DNA of 63,999 nucleotides, the filler included, from Porpidia crustulata (Eukaryota), in NCBI GenBank assembly GCA_964255105.1. It is 9 parts of 9 records of this genome, joined end to end, with 100 filler letters (N's around TTAATTAATTAA, not from the genome) between each part and the next. Parts side by side here need not be neighbours in the genome. Positions count along the whole stretch, not along the records: positions 1 to 7,118 come from CAXUWE010001393.1; positions 7,219 to 14,332 come from CAXUWE010001394.1; 7 more parts are not named here. The stretch is one strand, 5' to 3'. The notes under the pieces are model-generated. The model had not been told where the DNA came from. It made no database searches and worked only from the letters and a program-made list of their open reading frames with translations. Every line of letters starts with the position of its first letter. The stretch's first letter is position 1. Both the position numbers and the translations under genes were made by a program. Positions 1 through 14,042 of this stretch are shown piece by piece.

Positions 1-1109
1 GTTTTGGGATCGGTGGATTTGCTTGGTTTTCGTTTCGTGGCTTGTTCGATATGTCGGACGGTTTCGTCGTCCAGGAATAGGTCTGCGGTATTCTGCCGCC
101 TCGCTACCTGCCTCCTCGATCTCTCTTTTTCTTCATGGTCGCAATCGTCAGGGCAGCCGCCCCATTCTTTTCTGACGGGTATAGGGCTCTGTGGTGGCTG
201 GCTGGCGGCGCTGTTCGCTCTCTCCCTTTTCAGCTGAGTCCACGTCCTGAGCTGGTTCTGCAGTATGAATTTCCCGTTGTCGGGGTTGAGTTTCATAACC
301 ACAAACTCGCAGTGATTGACGTTCCTCAAGTCTTCAAAGTATTCGACGCTGAAGTGGTACCATTTCATGAGGAAAACTCGCGTCATCAAGCCGTGCGTGA
401 CAAGTACGCAAACGCTGGCAAAGTCATCTTCCCCAAAGCTACGCCACAAGCTCTCGTTGAAACCACTAACACGGTCATATGCATCAGCCGCGGACTCCCC
501 GTTCGGTATTCTGTAAAAGAAGTGCCCGTAGTCGGCACGTTCTTGCCACATGCGGCTCATCTCGGCTGAACATGGTTGGAAATTCCCAAAATCTTGTTCA
601 CGTAGGCGCGGCTCTTCGTAGACTTTGATAGTGTTGCGGGGAAAAGGCGAAGGGGTCGGGTCAGACGAAGTCAAAGCGTTTAGGATGCCTTCCGTGGTTT
701 CGCGCGTTCGCCGATAGGGGGACGTAAAGAAGTGGAGGGTATCATCTGGACGGAGGAGAGAGCGGAGTTTCATTCCTGCTTCTTCTGCCTTGCGAATAAG
801 GGTGTAAGCAAGTGGATTACTAGTCCAACATTGACGCGTACTGGCGGGAAGGGGGTGGGTGTGAGGGAGAGGCCGATATACCTGCTTCCAGCCGTCCGGG
901 GTAAGCTTGACTCGGTGATCGGGTACTGTTTGATGGATATCTCGGTTTTCTGTGCTAAGTCAGCGAGCGAGAAATCCAGCTTGACATGGGGCCAACGTAC
1001 TATTGCCTTCTGATTGTGCATGACGGACGAGAATTATCAACTGTGGGATTCATTACAACTTTCTTTGAGGTGGAGAAATCGAGCCTGTACATACCCTTGG
1101 CTTTCCCAT
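1..1109 (-). CDS. DET1: Histidine phosphatase / phosphoglycerate mutase family protein (Det1-like); 3' end runs off the window
   Basis: Manually spliced minus strand reads MGKPR|LIILVRHAQSEGN|..TSPYRRTRET..YEEPRLREQDFGNFQ..FFYRIPNGESAADAYDRV..VLVTHGLMTR. It has the RHx and THG catalytic motifs and GT-AG introns. Missing from the ORF track because no stop lies inside the window. Confidence 0.85.
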
Positions 1110-2960
1110 TGTGCAAGTTACGTATATTTCTGGAGAGGCTGGCCAATCGAGATGCAGACTCGTTGGTGAGGTTGTTGCAGGATGTTTCTTATGCTTATCG
1201 ATTAGATTGAACGTCTACTACTTTATGGAGGCATTTTTACCCGACGGGTCGCCGCTAGTTATTGCCTGTGAAGCAAACGACACGGGGATAAAGTTCCCAA
1301 TGATTATGTTAGGATCATATTACCTACTTTCCACTCGAAGAACCGGTTTAATCTGATCCAAGTGAGGAAGAAACAAATCTTTACAAAAGGATTGTCTCAT
1401 AAAAGCAAAGCGCCGAATTGGTAAACAAGAATTTCATTGCTGGGGAGGTAGGTGGTAGGCTAACGCGGCTATCATTATGTGTGTCTTACGGTGAAATCTC
1501 GAATGCAGTAGATTCGGATTTTTTTTGAGCATCTTAGTTGATTAGGATTTCTACGACGTTCTAGGTGTGACGCCGAACTTAAAGCAGTTGCACTCCTTTC
1601 TTTTTGATTATCGAAGACACAGGGTGCCAATCCACACATGTCGATTGTAGCGGCCTATATAACAGTATAAATAGTAGTATAATAGCGACACTGCAATTCC
1701 TGAATCGAGGTGCCTTATTTTCACGACGCTTCAAAATGCTGTGCAGTCTCTTCTTTGAACCATCCTTTTTCGTTAGGTCATGCATCGAAGGACTCGCAAC
1801 AGGACCACAACTATGTGCCGTAAAGCTCCTTCTCAAGGACGATTTCCCGAATGGTTTGGCTTACTTTGCGCCTCTCCAATAAGGAATCGAGTTGCGATGG
1901 AGGCCGCGATATCGTTGCTTTTTGTTTTTCAACCAAATTCCAATCCTTCGCGAGAAAATCTTAATTCGTTTCTGCGTCAGCCGAACATTGATGATTTTTA
2001 TTGTACTAGTGGAAACCCTTGAAATCTAATTCAAATCTAGAGATCAATTCTAATAGCTCCATGAGTAGCGCTTTGACCGGCTTCGAATCGTCCTCATCCG
2101 ATAATAGAACGCTCACTGAATCTTCGGCGCCAACTTGCAGACTCCGAGGGTATTGACATGAGACAGTGAAACGATCAATTGGGTTCTAGGTAAGACGTCT
2201 GTACACACCGGTTGATATGCAAAGAGAAAGTAAAATTCATCATTGGTTAACATACTCTATGCGCTTGTACGACAAGGGCGGTTTCATAAGCTGACGCCGT
2301 TGACCTTGCCGTGCACACAATTTCCTGGAATAGCCATCGTCGTTGATATAACAGGACATGCGCCGAAAAACAAATCTGCAATTGCACATATGATGGTCGG
2401 CATAATGGCTGGATATACCAGCATTCAAGCGTCTGAATTGCGGATCGGCCAATGGGACTCAACGATAGCCTTGGCTGTGGACGCTATCGATGGACATCAT
2501 GTGGAGGGGGTACAAAGAGGTCGGTCAAGGACGATACGTGACTGAACACGTCCCAAGTTCTGCTCAGTCAAGTCACACATTATGCGAGCACAAACAAGTG
2601 TTGCAGAACCAGTGAATTCTGTTCACGAGCTGTGCGACTTATGTCTAGAAAAATTAGGGCCTCTGGATTTTGAATTTCAAGGTCACCCTAGATGCTGTTC
2701 TTAGCAACCTACAGCCAGAGATTCAGACTAAGAACAGACGTTTGACTTACTTGACGGAACAGACGCAGATATCATATTTTGCGGCAGGAACTAGCTGTCT
2801 AAGTATTTATTGTTGCCGTAGCCCTGCTCAACAACAAATCTCGCTACGTTCATCTCGTGAGAGAGCGATATACACCTGCAGAAGCTTACCGTAGGCCCTT
2901 GAGTAATGTCGTTGTGGGTCTCCATTATTTGTCTTCATTTGCGGTATCACCAGCATCAAC

Positions 2961-3578
2961 TTAGTCGTCGTCGTGAATGATGACTCCAATTTCTTCAGTT
3001 CTGGTGAGATGCTCAGATTCCTTGGGTCCTTCAGGCTCGGGGCGCTGCTCTGGTAATGGTAGATGGTTCGCTTTGAACTTTGGATTGGTTCCGTCAACCG
3101 TGAAGACCATCTTAGTAGTCTTATTTATCTCTCTCTCGTCTTTGTTGCCTTTCCTTGCCTTGTTCTTCTCTCTTCTCTTCCTATTCTTCTCAGTCTTCTC
3201 ATCATCCCTCTTGCGCTGTTCCCCTCTCTTCTTCGCAAAGTCTGCATCCGCTTCTTCGCGCGCCACTTCCTCGTCCATCATCTTTACCCTCTCATACTCT
3301 CTTCTCCGGCTGGCTTTGTAAACGTGGAACTCTCCAGAACCAGCACCTGCGCTCGAACCCTGCACATTGGCTACAATTTCTGGTGGAGCGGGAAGTGAGC
3401 TTTTCTTAGCGACCGCATTCGATGTAGGTGGCAATATGATTTCGCGGTCTGGTTTGGCAAATAGAGCGGTAAGATGTGTTGCTTGTTCAGAAGTGGGAGT
3501 GAGGGCTTGGCGCTTGACTGGACGTTTGGAGCGCGCATCCCGAGTGGTGGCAATAGTTTCTGGAGTCGGTCCAGGCAT
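2961..3578 (-). CDS. PRKR-interacting protein 1 homolog (DUF1168), spliceosome-associated
   Basis: 205-aa ORF with the signature VANVQGSSAGAGSGEFHVYKASRRREYER and a K/R/E-rich coiled coil. Confidence 0.9.
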   Translation of the reverse strand: MPGPTPETIATTRDARSKRPVKRQALTPTSEQATHLTALFAKPDREIILPPTSNAVAKKSSLPAPPEIVANVQGSSAGAGSGEFHVYKASRRREYERVKMMDEEVAREEADADFAKKRGEQRKRDDEKTEKNRKRREKNKARKGNKDEREINKTTKMVFTVDGTNPKFKANHLPLPEQRPEPEGPKESEHLTRTEEIGVIIHDDD

Positions 3579-3994
3579 AGTTCAGACCAGAGTATACTAA
3601 GCGTAGTAAGGGAGTCGAGGTCCTGATGGTACAGAGGGTTTTTCGGAGGTCTACATGTGTAGAAAATTGGCTTGTCGGTTGCGGGATAGGTATATAGGCT
3701 CATAGGTATCTGGTATCTAAGCATCTTTTGCGCGTAGGACAAGCGATATTAATGATATGACTGGTTCACAATTTTCTAGACATCCGAGGGATCCAATATC
3801 TTCTTAAATCATGAACTCAAGATCATGATTATTACTCTACTACAAAATTGGACGCTGTCTGGCGTGAAATATTGGATCTCTCAATTCATTTCACCTCCGC
3901 ACTGTCACATCAGACACCATCGCCACGATTAAATAATTCTCTTATCATACGAGACTTTCAGAGCGAAGCGAAACCTCTATGAAGGGATCTCAAG

Positions 3995-6900
3995 ATGGAA
4001 CAGGTAGATTTCGGGTCCTTGTAAGACACCTTTACTGACACGTCTGCAGTTCTTTGAGGATGATCTCTGTGCCTTCAAGAGTGATCCAAGTATTAAGGGA
4101 ACAGTGTCTGTAAGCTCGGTCAACTCTTGACGGTAATTGCGAGCAGGTTCAGTCTGACTTCTTGCAGCACACATGGCGTGATGTATGACAGATTTCTCGA
4201 TTCCTGATAATAGATTCGCTGTTGTGTTTATCTCTAAACTCAACTTACTGAAACTCTACATAGATACAGCAAGGGCCCTTCTCTGGGAGTAGGAAATGTT
4301 ACATGGACAAGAACCTGCCTAGAAAGATAAGACAAGAATTTTTTGATCACAATCTCGTAAGCCTAGACCTGATAATTATTTCACTAGACTAATCAGGATT
4401 CTCAAGCCACCCAGAGGATATGTTATCGTTTCATTCATAGAGCCTTACAATGACGATGATTGCCTAGTCTCCGAGACGTCGCTGAGGCTTCTCGATAGAG
4501 CTTTGGCTCTCGGCGATGTTGTAAAGCGAGATTCTTTGGATGGTAACAGTGGTATGATTATAAGTACTTCCATTTCATGTATCTTGCAGCCATTATCCAC
4601 TGGTTTTGCTGGCGGTGGACAAAATCATGCTCTCCCGAAATTAGAGCAACCCAGATCTACGGGAGAACAGCCTCTTTGCGTACCTGCGCAGGAGATTAAA
4701 TATTGGAAAGACTATCGTGAAGACGACTATGTCATCTATCAAGGCTGGGTAGGTGCTGTGATTGACGCACATGATGAAGTCGCTATCCGCTTAAGTAATG
4801 GCAGTGTGGTGGTTGTGGAAGATACCGAGTACCTTGATGAAGTCATCCTCGGATATGAATGGCATAGAAAGCGACTTGAGTCTGCAGGTTATGTTAAAAA
4901 GCAATCTCGTTCTCCCAATAAGGATAATCGATTACTGAGGCCCGCGGACCCCTGTTATCCTGGACAAGTTGTCGTAACAAAGAAAGGAAACCTACGACGC
5001 GGACGATGGATATTTGGAGCTTACAATCCTGCTATTGACCCCGAAGGTGTTGTCGTTGAAGTTCGGACAATAGGCTTAGAGATCGCCTGGTCCTTTCCAA
5101 ATGTTCTAGCCAACGATTCTGAGAAGCTCAATACCACACCGCCTACACTTCTTGACATCGATGACATACAAAGTGGACAGCTGAGAGTATACGACCACAA
5201 CAAATTACCTCGAACAACGGATCTCCCTATTCTCGAGAATGCCTGTCACTGCGAAGACACGTGTTTTGGTCTTCTAGTAAAATTTAAAGATGAAGCTGGC
5301 GCTGCTGTGAAGTATGACGGTGCTACACGTAATGCAGCAACTGGTGATTGGCCGTTAGACCAAGGACCAGTGGTGGGGAAGTATCATCGTGTACCACGGA
5401 CTGAAACCCAAGGATACGATATGAATATCTTACAGATTGAAGACATCCGAACAAAAGTCATGGTCCAATGGCAAAATGGAACGGTGAGTCTAGAAGATTC
5501 AACTTCGTTGGTAGATTATCTCAACATAGACGATCACGATGTATGGATTGGAGAAATTGTTACACTAAAAGAAGAGAATGAGCGTATTACTAGCGGAGTG
5601 TTTGAGAACAGCATCCATGCGCAGAAAGTAGGAGTTGTACAGTCAACGAACTCCATTGAAAGAAATGCAAAGATTTGCTGGTTCGAAGACCCCGAAATCT
5701 ATATTGTAGGAGATGAGAATGCCGTGCTCCTGTCCAACTCGCGTTTAGGGCCGATCTCAAACAATGTCAGCGAGGTTTCGCTCTACGACCTCGAAAGTTT
5801 TCCCGCGTTGACTAGGGATAGAGGGGACATGGTCCTCATTGTCCCCATCGCACCAGAAATACCCGTGGCTCCAGATTCAGCGTCGCTCACTCGATCTACC
5901 ATAGGATTTATCAGGAATGCACTCAGTAGAAGTACCAGTGGAGTCTCAGCGGTACGGAGACCGATAGAAGCAGCTCTACATCTCCGCCGGACAGCAGATA
6001 ATACGATAGGGCCAGGAAATGACCAGATAGAGCATCAAAGCTTAGATATTGTTGACTGGTTTGGAGAAGTCGTAGGTATAGATCTTGAAGGACAGCTTAC
6101 CATTCGGCTTGGAGGTCTTTCTGAGGCACGAGACGTCAAAATATCTGCTGATCGTACGTGCCTTGTGGCCGGCAGCGATGACATGAGTTTCTCCGAATCC
6201 GAAGCTAGTGAAGATGATGACGATCTCGAAACCGATTCGGAAATTCTGTCAGCGAGTGATGGCTCTGCTGAACCCATCGAAACAGTGGTTGAGTATGAGG
6301 GTGGAAGCCGGCTTGATGCTGATCATGATGATGAGATGTGGATGACTGACGACGACGACGCAGCCCTCTTTGACACGCCCGCGCCACTACTTGATCAAGA
6401 TATGGATATAGATGAGCTTGGTAGTTCTACTAGTGATAGTATGGAATATTCTGCCGAAAACTCGCAAGATAATGGCCCTAACGCCGAACCCACCGGCGGC
6501 TGGTGCAGTATTGGCAGCGAAATTCACTTCTCCAGCTTCCCTTCCATGCCTCCCCAATTCTTTGTCCTTGACGAACCTGCTCCGCCCGACCATCACTATC
6601 TCGACTCCTCCACCCACCACGCTGCCTCCCTAATGCGCCGTATCATTAAAGAACATAGAATTATGGACTCTTCTCTACCGGACGGCACCTTTGTACGGAC
6701 ATGGGAAAGCCGGCTGGACCTACTTCGCGTCTTGATCGTCGGACCTCGAGGCACACCCTACGAGCTTGCCCCTTTTGTTATAGATTTCCAATTTACCTCC
6801 GAATTCCCCAAGGTGCCTCCCGAAGCGTTCTTCCATTCGTGGACTGGAGGCGTTGGGCGGGTTAACCCCAATCTTTACGAGGATGGGAAGATATGCCTCA

Positions 6901-7118
6901 GCTTACTAGGAACGTGGCCTGCAGATGACAAGAATGAGAATTGGTCTCCTGCTAAATCGAGCATGCTGCAAATCATCGTCAGCATAATGGGTCTAGTACT
7001 GGTCAAAGAACCGTATTACAGTAAGTTCGCTTTCGCTCTCGATCCAATCCAAATTTTCATGTCGGACTACGTGCGTTTGATTCGGGCACGACTATCTGGC
7101 TTCTACCACAAAGCTATC
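3995..7118 (+). CDS. Large E2/E3 hybrid ubiquitin-conjugating enzyme (UBE2O-like), truncated by contig end
   Basis: UBC domain ..GPRGTPYE..FVIDF..RVNPNLYEDGKICLSLLGTW with the catalytic Cys. Short 5' exons start at ATG 3995 (MEQ|FFEDDLC..). Confidence 0.85.
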
Positions 7119-7218
7119 NNNNNNNNNNNNNNNNNNNNNNNNNNNNNNNNNNNNNNNNNNNNTTAATTAATTAANNNNNNNNNNNNNNNNNNNNNNNNNN
7201 NNNNNNNNNNNNNNNNNN
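7119..7218. other. Artificial contig linker (44N-TTAATTAATTAA-44N)
   Basis: Identical 100-nt spacers also at 14333-14432, 21544-21643, 28749-28848, 35947-36046, 43141-43240, 50332-50431 and 57515-57614. TTAATTAATTAA gives stops in all six frames. Confidence 0.98.
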
Positions 7219-9384
7219 CACCCACCCGTTCTTTTCCTTCCCCGCATTTCCCCGCCAACCTCCACAACGAGATTCTTAAAAAACCCCGCCGTCTCCACAA
7301 TCGGCAGGATCGTCGAAACCGCCGCGCTGCAAAACACCCAGATAAAAGAGATGATGACCCACGCGGTGAAGAATCCCTGCGAGAATATGTAGTGCGACAG
7401 GAACATGGGGATGGGGATCAAAAAGTCCATGAGGAACGTGAGCACAAACGACGCGATGCAGGCCAGCTTGAACGCGCTGCGCAGTTTCGACGGCTCCTCG
7501 GTCGCCGCGAGATCTTCGATTTGCTCCTTTTCCTCGTCTCGGACAGTTTTCAGGTCTTCCTTGTTGCCGAAATTCTCGTCTTTGATTGACGGAGACGTAG
7601 GCGTGGAGGCGGCCGGGACTGCGTTGATCAGACGCGTCGTATCCCAGTCGAACGGGACGGGCTTGATCAGAGACACCGCGACCGAGACGATCAGTCCCGT
7701 CATGACCGCAGCCAGGTTGCCGGCTAGTGTGGGATATTCCATCCCTGTGGTTTCGACGGTCAAAGTTCCATAGTAGTGGTATGCGGTGGTCAACCAGGCG
7801 AGCAGACCGGCCGCAAGCCCTACTACTGCTCCAGATATGGCTCCAGCTCTCGTCTGACCCTTCCAGGTAATGGCGAAGGCGGCAGGGAACACGGCCCCAC
7901 CAATAAGCAGGCCCATGGTTAGGAAGAGCCAGCCCAAATCAATGCCGATAGCGTTCCATATGCAGGCGAACAGAGCCATTGTCAAACCAAAGACCCCAAT
8001 CATGATGTGAGAAACCAATATGAGCTGCTTAGGCGTTGCCGACGGTTTGAAATACGTTTTGAAGATATCAAAGGTCAAGACAGAGGACACAGCAATGAGC
8101 TCTGCGGAGGCGCATGACGTCACGGCCATAAAAAGCACGATCAGAAGTGCCACTGAACCGCCCTTTCCCAGGAGAGCCGTAGCTGCATACGATGACGCCA
8201 AACCCGAGGAAATCTCAGCTTGAGACATACCATTCGGGTACGTTGGAAAACTCGGTGAGTCAGTAAGCGCGACTGCTGCAAGACCCAGTGTCGTAGCAAA
8301 TCCGAAGGGTATAGCGAACCATGCCAATCCTCCGAGAATGTAGGCTCGGACTGCAGTCGTGGGCCTGCTGGCGATAGCTCTCTGCCAATAAGCCTGATCG
8401 AGAAAGACAGTCCCGCTCCCACTGCACAGCTGTATGATCCCGAATACTAGAGCAAAATTGGATTTCATAGTCATGTAAGACCCACCTTGATTGCCAGCGA
8501 CGGGCCGCTTGATAGCTGCTTCTTTCAGAAGCTGGTACATGACAGATGGTGAACCAATCTGCGGGTTTGTCGCATAGACTGAGAACATGAAGTAAAGTAT
8601 GACAACCATGAGGATTAAAGTGTGGGAATAGTCGCCTAGCATGTCACGTTAGTTCTGATTCACAACATGACAGTAGAATCTTACATAAAAATGTAGCACG
8701 TAATCCACCTAATATAACGTAGACACATACCCCTAACGGAATCAGGAAAATTGCGGCATAGACATTCATCCCCGTGAGCGAGGTGACTACTGCGCTCCCT
8801 CCGAGTAGCAGCTGGCTGCCGACAAGTACATTGGTAAGCAACGCAAAGAAGATGAAGATCCAATGCGTTACAACACCATAGCGAGTGTAGATGATCTCGA
8901 GGTATGTGTGACAACGAGGAGCATTCTGCTTCACTTTACACGCCAAGACTGAGAACATCAAAATCTGAACGGTCGCTCCTGCAGCATACTAAGAGTTCCT
9001 CGAATCAGTCCGATGCCTGTAGAGGCGAAAGGCCATTGATTGTAGGAAACACACCCAGAACGGCCCAGCAATGCCATACGTATACGCGACGGTGCTGCTC
9101 TGCAAAAGCGTCGCGGCCCATGTCCAGGCCGAGACAATCCCACTGGCAATCAATCCTGGCTTCACGCTTCTACTGGCGGTATTGAACTCCTCGCTGGTCT
9201 TGGTTGAGAACTTGGTATAGCGGTTCTGCCCTTCTGTCAGCACTGCCCGCATGAAGAAACTCTCGTCATTGCAATTGCTTACCTGTATCCACGATATGCC
9301 GCACATCAAAAATGCGAAGAAGAAACCGATCCCAACGACGACACCGTAACCGACACCAACGGGAAGAGGAGTCGTCGAAGACAT
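7219..9384 (-). CDS. DUR3: Urea/polyamine active transporter (SSS family); 3' end at contig edge
   Basis: Exons read [78 protein letters not shown]. Three GT-AG introns splice in frame. Confidence 0.93.
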
Positions 9385-10158
9385 GTCGAGAAGCGCAAGT
9401 GAAAAAATCCAGGTACGATTGAGATGCGTAACATCAGCCACCTGGATGGACTCATGTTCTTATACGAACAACTGCTTTGACATTAACGCTCTATCAAACC
9501 AATATGCTAGCTTCGAGCCTATAACTTCGTTGCTATCAAGAGATTGTTCAGATAAGGAAATGTGACATCATTTTCCGATAGCAAAACAGCCGAACATGAA
9601 ACGACCAAGGATGTGCCGGACAAAGTCATCAAGCCTTGATACCCAAAGAGGCAGGTAATATCGTACACCACATTCTGAAATCGACGCTGTAACATGTAAG
9701 AAAGTTGTCGAGAGATGGGGAGCTCGGACGATAAAGATTGCCGTGTCAATCACGATGGTTATTAGTATATAGCCGTAGCCCTATCCGCCAACTGGGACTT
9801 TTACGCTTACTTACTGAACTGTAGGTAATCTGGTCACTTAGCCTCAACGCTCAGGGTACATGTTTGCTCTCAACATATCTAGAGGCTTGATGAGGCGCTT
9901 GGAGTCTGACAACTTATCAGAAGAGAGAGACATGAGAAGATGGAAAGAAAACGTTATTGATTTCGGTTAACACCTTCCTTTATGCTATGTTGCCGGATGC
10001 TGGGAGACGGCGTACTTTCAAAATCATTCCTTATCACACTTTCACAGCCTATATCAAAACGCAGACCGTCGAACGCCCCAGAGTAAGGATCATGCGTAGC
10101 GTACAAGGCTCCCGTTTCACGTGTGATCGTGCACAGACCAATGTTGAAAATCGCTTGA

Positions 10159-11413
10159 CTAAAATACAGAAATATAATTACCAATACGTTCTTTCTGATT
10201 TTGGGCGATGCATTCCGCGATCCACGTAATATTCCTTATCTCCTAAGCAGCTGTCAGTAACCAATGTCGTATGAGACGGAAGACCAGTGTACCTGTTCCC
10301 TCAACTTCACCCATGAATAAATGACGGCGTGGGTGAACTGCCTCGTGAAAGCAGACTTGGAAATCTCCATCTCTTTCTGATAGAACATGTCTTCCAGGCT
10401 CTTCCCGTCACTTCCACCTCCTCCACTCATATTCCCCGGGCCAGAGGCATTCATTCCTCCGCCCATTCCAACCGCGTCAAAATATGACTTGTAGTCGGAG
10501 TTCCCGCTGACAGCGAGCGCAACGCCTTCCACGTCATCTGCTCTTGAAAGCATTAGGGTTCCCTCAGGGTATAATCCTCCAAAATTAGGATATAGCTTCT
10601 TTCTATCTTGTTTCGACAAGTCAGTACCAAACGAATTCAACGTGATGTTGATAGCTCTCCGATCGGCCTCGAACCCAAGTACTTCCGACATGACTTCAGA
10701 TGTTGGTGTGTTTTTGAGCTCAGGATTCTCCGTAACAAATCGATAAAAATCTTCTAGGTAGTTTTTGTACAGAGTATTCCGGATGATCTCAATATTCAAT
10801 TCATCGAGATCTTGATGACTGAGTGAACCTTTGAAATATGGTGCGAGTGGTGTTTCGATGAGCACAGAATTATACAATTCCTCGATATTGGTGGCAACGC
10901 AAAGTACTGGCATAGTCTCAAACCACCCCAGTGGATGGCAACGCTCAAGTAGTTCCCGGGTGTCTCGTTCATGTAAAGTCCCAGTGATGAGAAGTGCGAC
11001 ATTGTCGATCATATAACCATAGGTCAAATATTCCATGAACTTCGCAAGTGATCCGGTTGCTTGCGCTTGGAGATACCTGAACTCTGCAACCAGTTTGTCC
11101 GTTGTTTTATTGGCGAGTGAAGAGGTTGAAGGATTAGGCGGTAATGATGCAAGGAAATCGCCATAAGCGGGGGACAGTTGCAGTTTGACATCTGGATCTG
11201 TAAGTCATCTTTGGATGGGCTATGTATGATGTTGACATACCATCAATGTTCTCACATTGCGTAAGATTGTTGTAGTTCTGACCTGTTAACAGACTATTTC
11301 GATAACCACGGACCACGCCTTCGATATATCTGAGAGAATCAGCGGTTGTTTGCTGTAGCGCTTCTCACCATTGGATCTTACCCCCCATTAACATTGAAGA
11401 AAAGGCCTTCCAT
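10159..11413 (-). CDS. VMA6: V-type ATPase V0 subunit d
   Basis: MEGLFFNVNGG|YIEGVVRGYRNSLL..YGYMIDNVALLITGTLH..HPLGWFE..FEADRRAINITLNSF..KLREQ|EIRNITWIAECIAQNQKERIGNYISVF*. Confidence 0.96.
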
Positions 11414-11645
11414 AACCCTGCGACAGATAGATCACTATCATGAAATATCTAGAAAGAAAAGAGGCGATCATGTGAGAGCTGTCATGCATCATGTCCGCAA
11501 AATAGATACGCTAAACCTTTCTCAGGCCCACTAACGAGAAACCTAAAATCTCCAACTTTCACAAAATCTACGCCAAACATTCATAACGAGGTGGAGAAGT
11601 CGCGACCTCCGAGTTCTATTCATACCGCCTTCCTCTTTCTCTAGC

Positions 11646-14042
11646 ATGGGGTTCTTTATATTGCAGTAAGTGCGAAGCTACTCCAAATTACACAAAATCT
11701 AATCGCCTATTAGAGAAACCTCTGCAGGATACGCACTTCTGAAAGCAAAGAGCTCCAAAATCCTCAAGCAAGAAGGGCTTGGATCCCACGACGATTCAGC
11801 GGAAGAAATATGTAGCCTGTGCGTTTCAATGCCCTCTGAAAATCGTTCGCATGGCCTCTATACTGGACCTGTCATTAAATCTAGGTGGTCTAAGCTTGGA
11901 GTCAACTGGGACTAACATACTATCTGTGTGCTGTAGCTTGACATTGAAAAATTTCCAGAAATATGATAGTTCGGCTACAGGTTAGTCCATCAACTGGCGC
12001 TCTCTTGAATTGCGAAAAATGCTGAATTTGGTAGCTTTGGAGCAAAATGTGGCATTAGTTGAAGGAAAGGTTACTCCACAATTGGCGACACTACTGGATT
12101 CGATCAAAGATGAAAAAAAAGTGTCGCTTGCGGTGGCCGACCCTAAGCTTGGTACGAACATCGCGTGTCTCAATTGAATCGTTTGCTAATCAGTCCAACA
12201 GCCAATGCAATTAACAAGCTTCCCCAACTATCTCTCAAGCTCATATCCGACTCCACCACAGCTGACCTCTACCGCGCCATTCGAAATCATCTGCCGTCAC
12301 TCATACCTGGTCTTCTTCCAGATAATATCTCCAAAACGACCTTGGGTCTATCACATTCGCTCTCACGATACAAGCTAAAGTTTTCACCTGATAAAGTTGA
12401 TACTATGATTGTACAGGCAATTGCGCTTTTAGATGATTTGGATAAGGAATTGAACACATATGCAATGCGCGTGAAAGAGTGGTATGGATGGCATTTTCCA
12501 GAAATGGGAAAGATTTTGAATGACAACCTAGCATACTCCCGCGTTATCTTGAAAATGGGGATGAGGACAAGTGCCGCAAAAGCCGACCTCGCTGAAATAC
12601 TGCCTGAAGAAATTGAGGCCGCAGTCAAAGCTGCCGCTGAAATTTCCATGGGCACCGAGATTACTTCAGAGGACTTGGAGAACATACAAGCTCTGGCTGA
12701 GCAGGTCGTTCACTTCACTGATTTCCGCGCATCGTTATCAAGCTATTTGTCGGCTCGGATGAGCGCAATTGCTCCTAACCTCACAGCCTTGGTAGGCGAT
12801 CTGGTTGGCGCACGACTTATTGCCCATGCTGGGAGCCTGATGAATCTAGCCAAAAGTCCGGCCAGTACAATACAGATCCTTGGAGCTGAGAAGGCTCTTT
12901 TCCGAGCGCTGAAGACGAAGCATGACACTCCAAAATACGGACTGATATACCACGCATCATTGATTGGGCAGGCCACCGGGAAAAACAAAGGAAAAATCGC
13001 CCGAATGCTCGCAACTAAAGCAGCTCTAGGACTACGCGTGGATGCGCTGGCAGACTGGAGCGCTGAAGGTGAAGGAAAGGGCGAGTCGGTTACGGAGGAG
13101 GAAAAGTCGGCTCTTGGTGTTGAGAACAGATTGAAGGTCGAGCGACGATTGGCAGGGTTGGAAGGGAGACCATTACGATCAAAGGGGGTCGCAATAGCCC
13201 CAAATGGAATTGCGGTTGCGCCTGGAAAGTGGGAAGTCAAAGAAGCCCGAAAATACAACCCAGATGCGGACGGTCTGGCTGGGGATGAACCAGCTGCGGT
13301 GGCTCCGTTGGCAAAAATATCAAAGAAAACTTCCATGTCGAACCCTGCGAAAATTAATGACAAAGTTCAAGAAGGGGAGGATTTAGCTATGGAGGTGGAC
13401 TCTGACGAGGTGGATGAAGAGATGGTGGATGAGTTGGAGGCGTCCAACGCTCTGGCAAAACCAGGCAAACCACTTACACACAAATCTACTACGATGAATG
13501 GAACTGCAGATCATGGTGAGAAGATAGAGATGTCGACAGTTCCTACAGATACTACAGACTCACCTCCTCCACCTACTCGACCGGGACCAACGATTTTGGG
13601 TGACACAAAAGAGGCAAAGGCAGCTAGGAAAAAGGAGCGGCACGAACGAAAGCTTGAGGACAAAGCTTTGAAGAAGGCAAAGAGCGAACTTAGGTTAGAT
13701 TGGAAGGAAAAACGGCACAAAAGGTCAGAACAAGTCGATAGGAAAGACCGAAAGGACGAGGACCCAATTGTGAAATTAGCCGAGCAGGTGGGTTTAAGTG
13801 TTGAACGGTACAAGCGGAAACTGGAGAGAGGTGAGATCAAATTCGATACAGATGGTAAGCCTAAGGCCATCAGCAAGAAAGACATCAAACGGGCAAGGAA
13901 GGAAGCGGAGAAGGCTCAGAGATCTGGGAAGGGGTTTAATGGAGAGACGAGTACGGGAAAGAGGAAAAGGGATTCTGAGGAAGCTGGAGCTGAAGTGATG
14001 GAGAGGTCTGAGAAGAAGAAGAAAAGGAAAAGCAAGGACTAG
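11646..14042 (+). CDS. NOP58: Box C/D snoRNP core protein Nop58
   Basis: [20 protein letters not shown]-terminus across introns. NOSIC/Nop domains: [48 protein letters not shown]. Lysine-rich tail. Confidence 0.96.

Noticed and set aside
135..569. Plus-strand 144-aa ORF and similar antisense ORFs over real genes
   Set aside because: These are shadow ORFs opposite well-supported coding sequences.
11819..11936. Longer NOP58 intron as a possible snoRNA host
   Set aside because: I could find no box C (RTGATGA)/box D pair or H/ACA structure.
13380..14042. Long charged C-terminal extension of Nop58
   Set aside because: K/E-rich tails of this kind are normal for filamentous-ascomycete Nop58.
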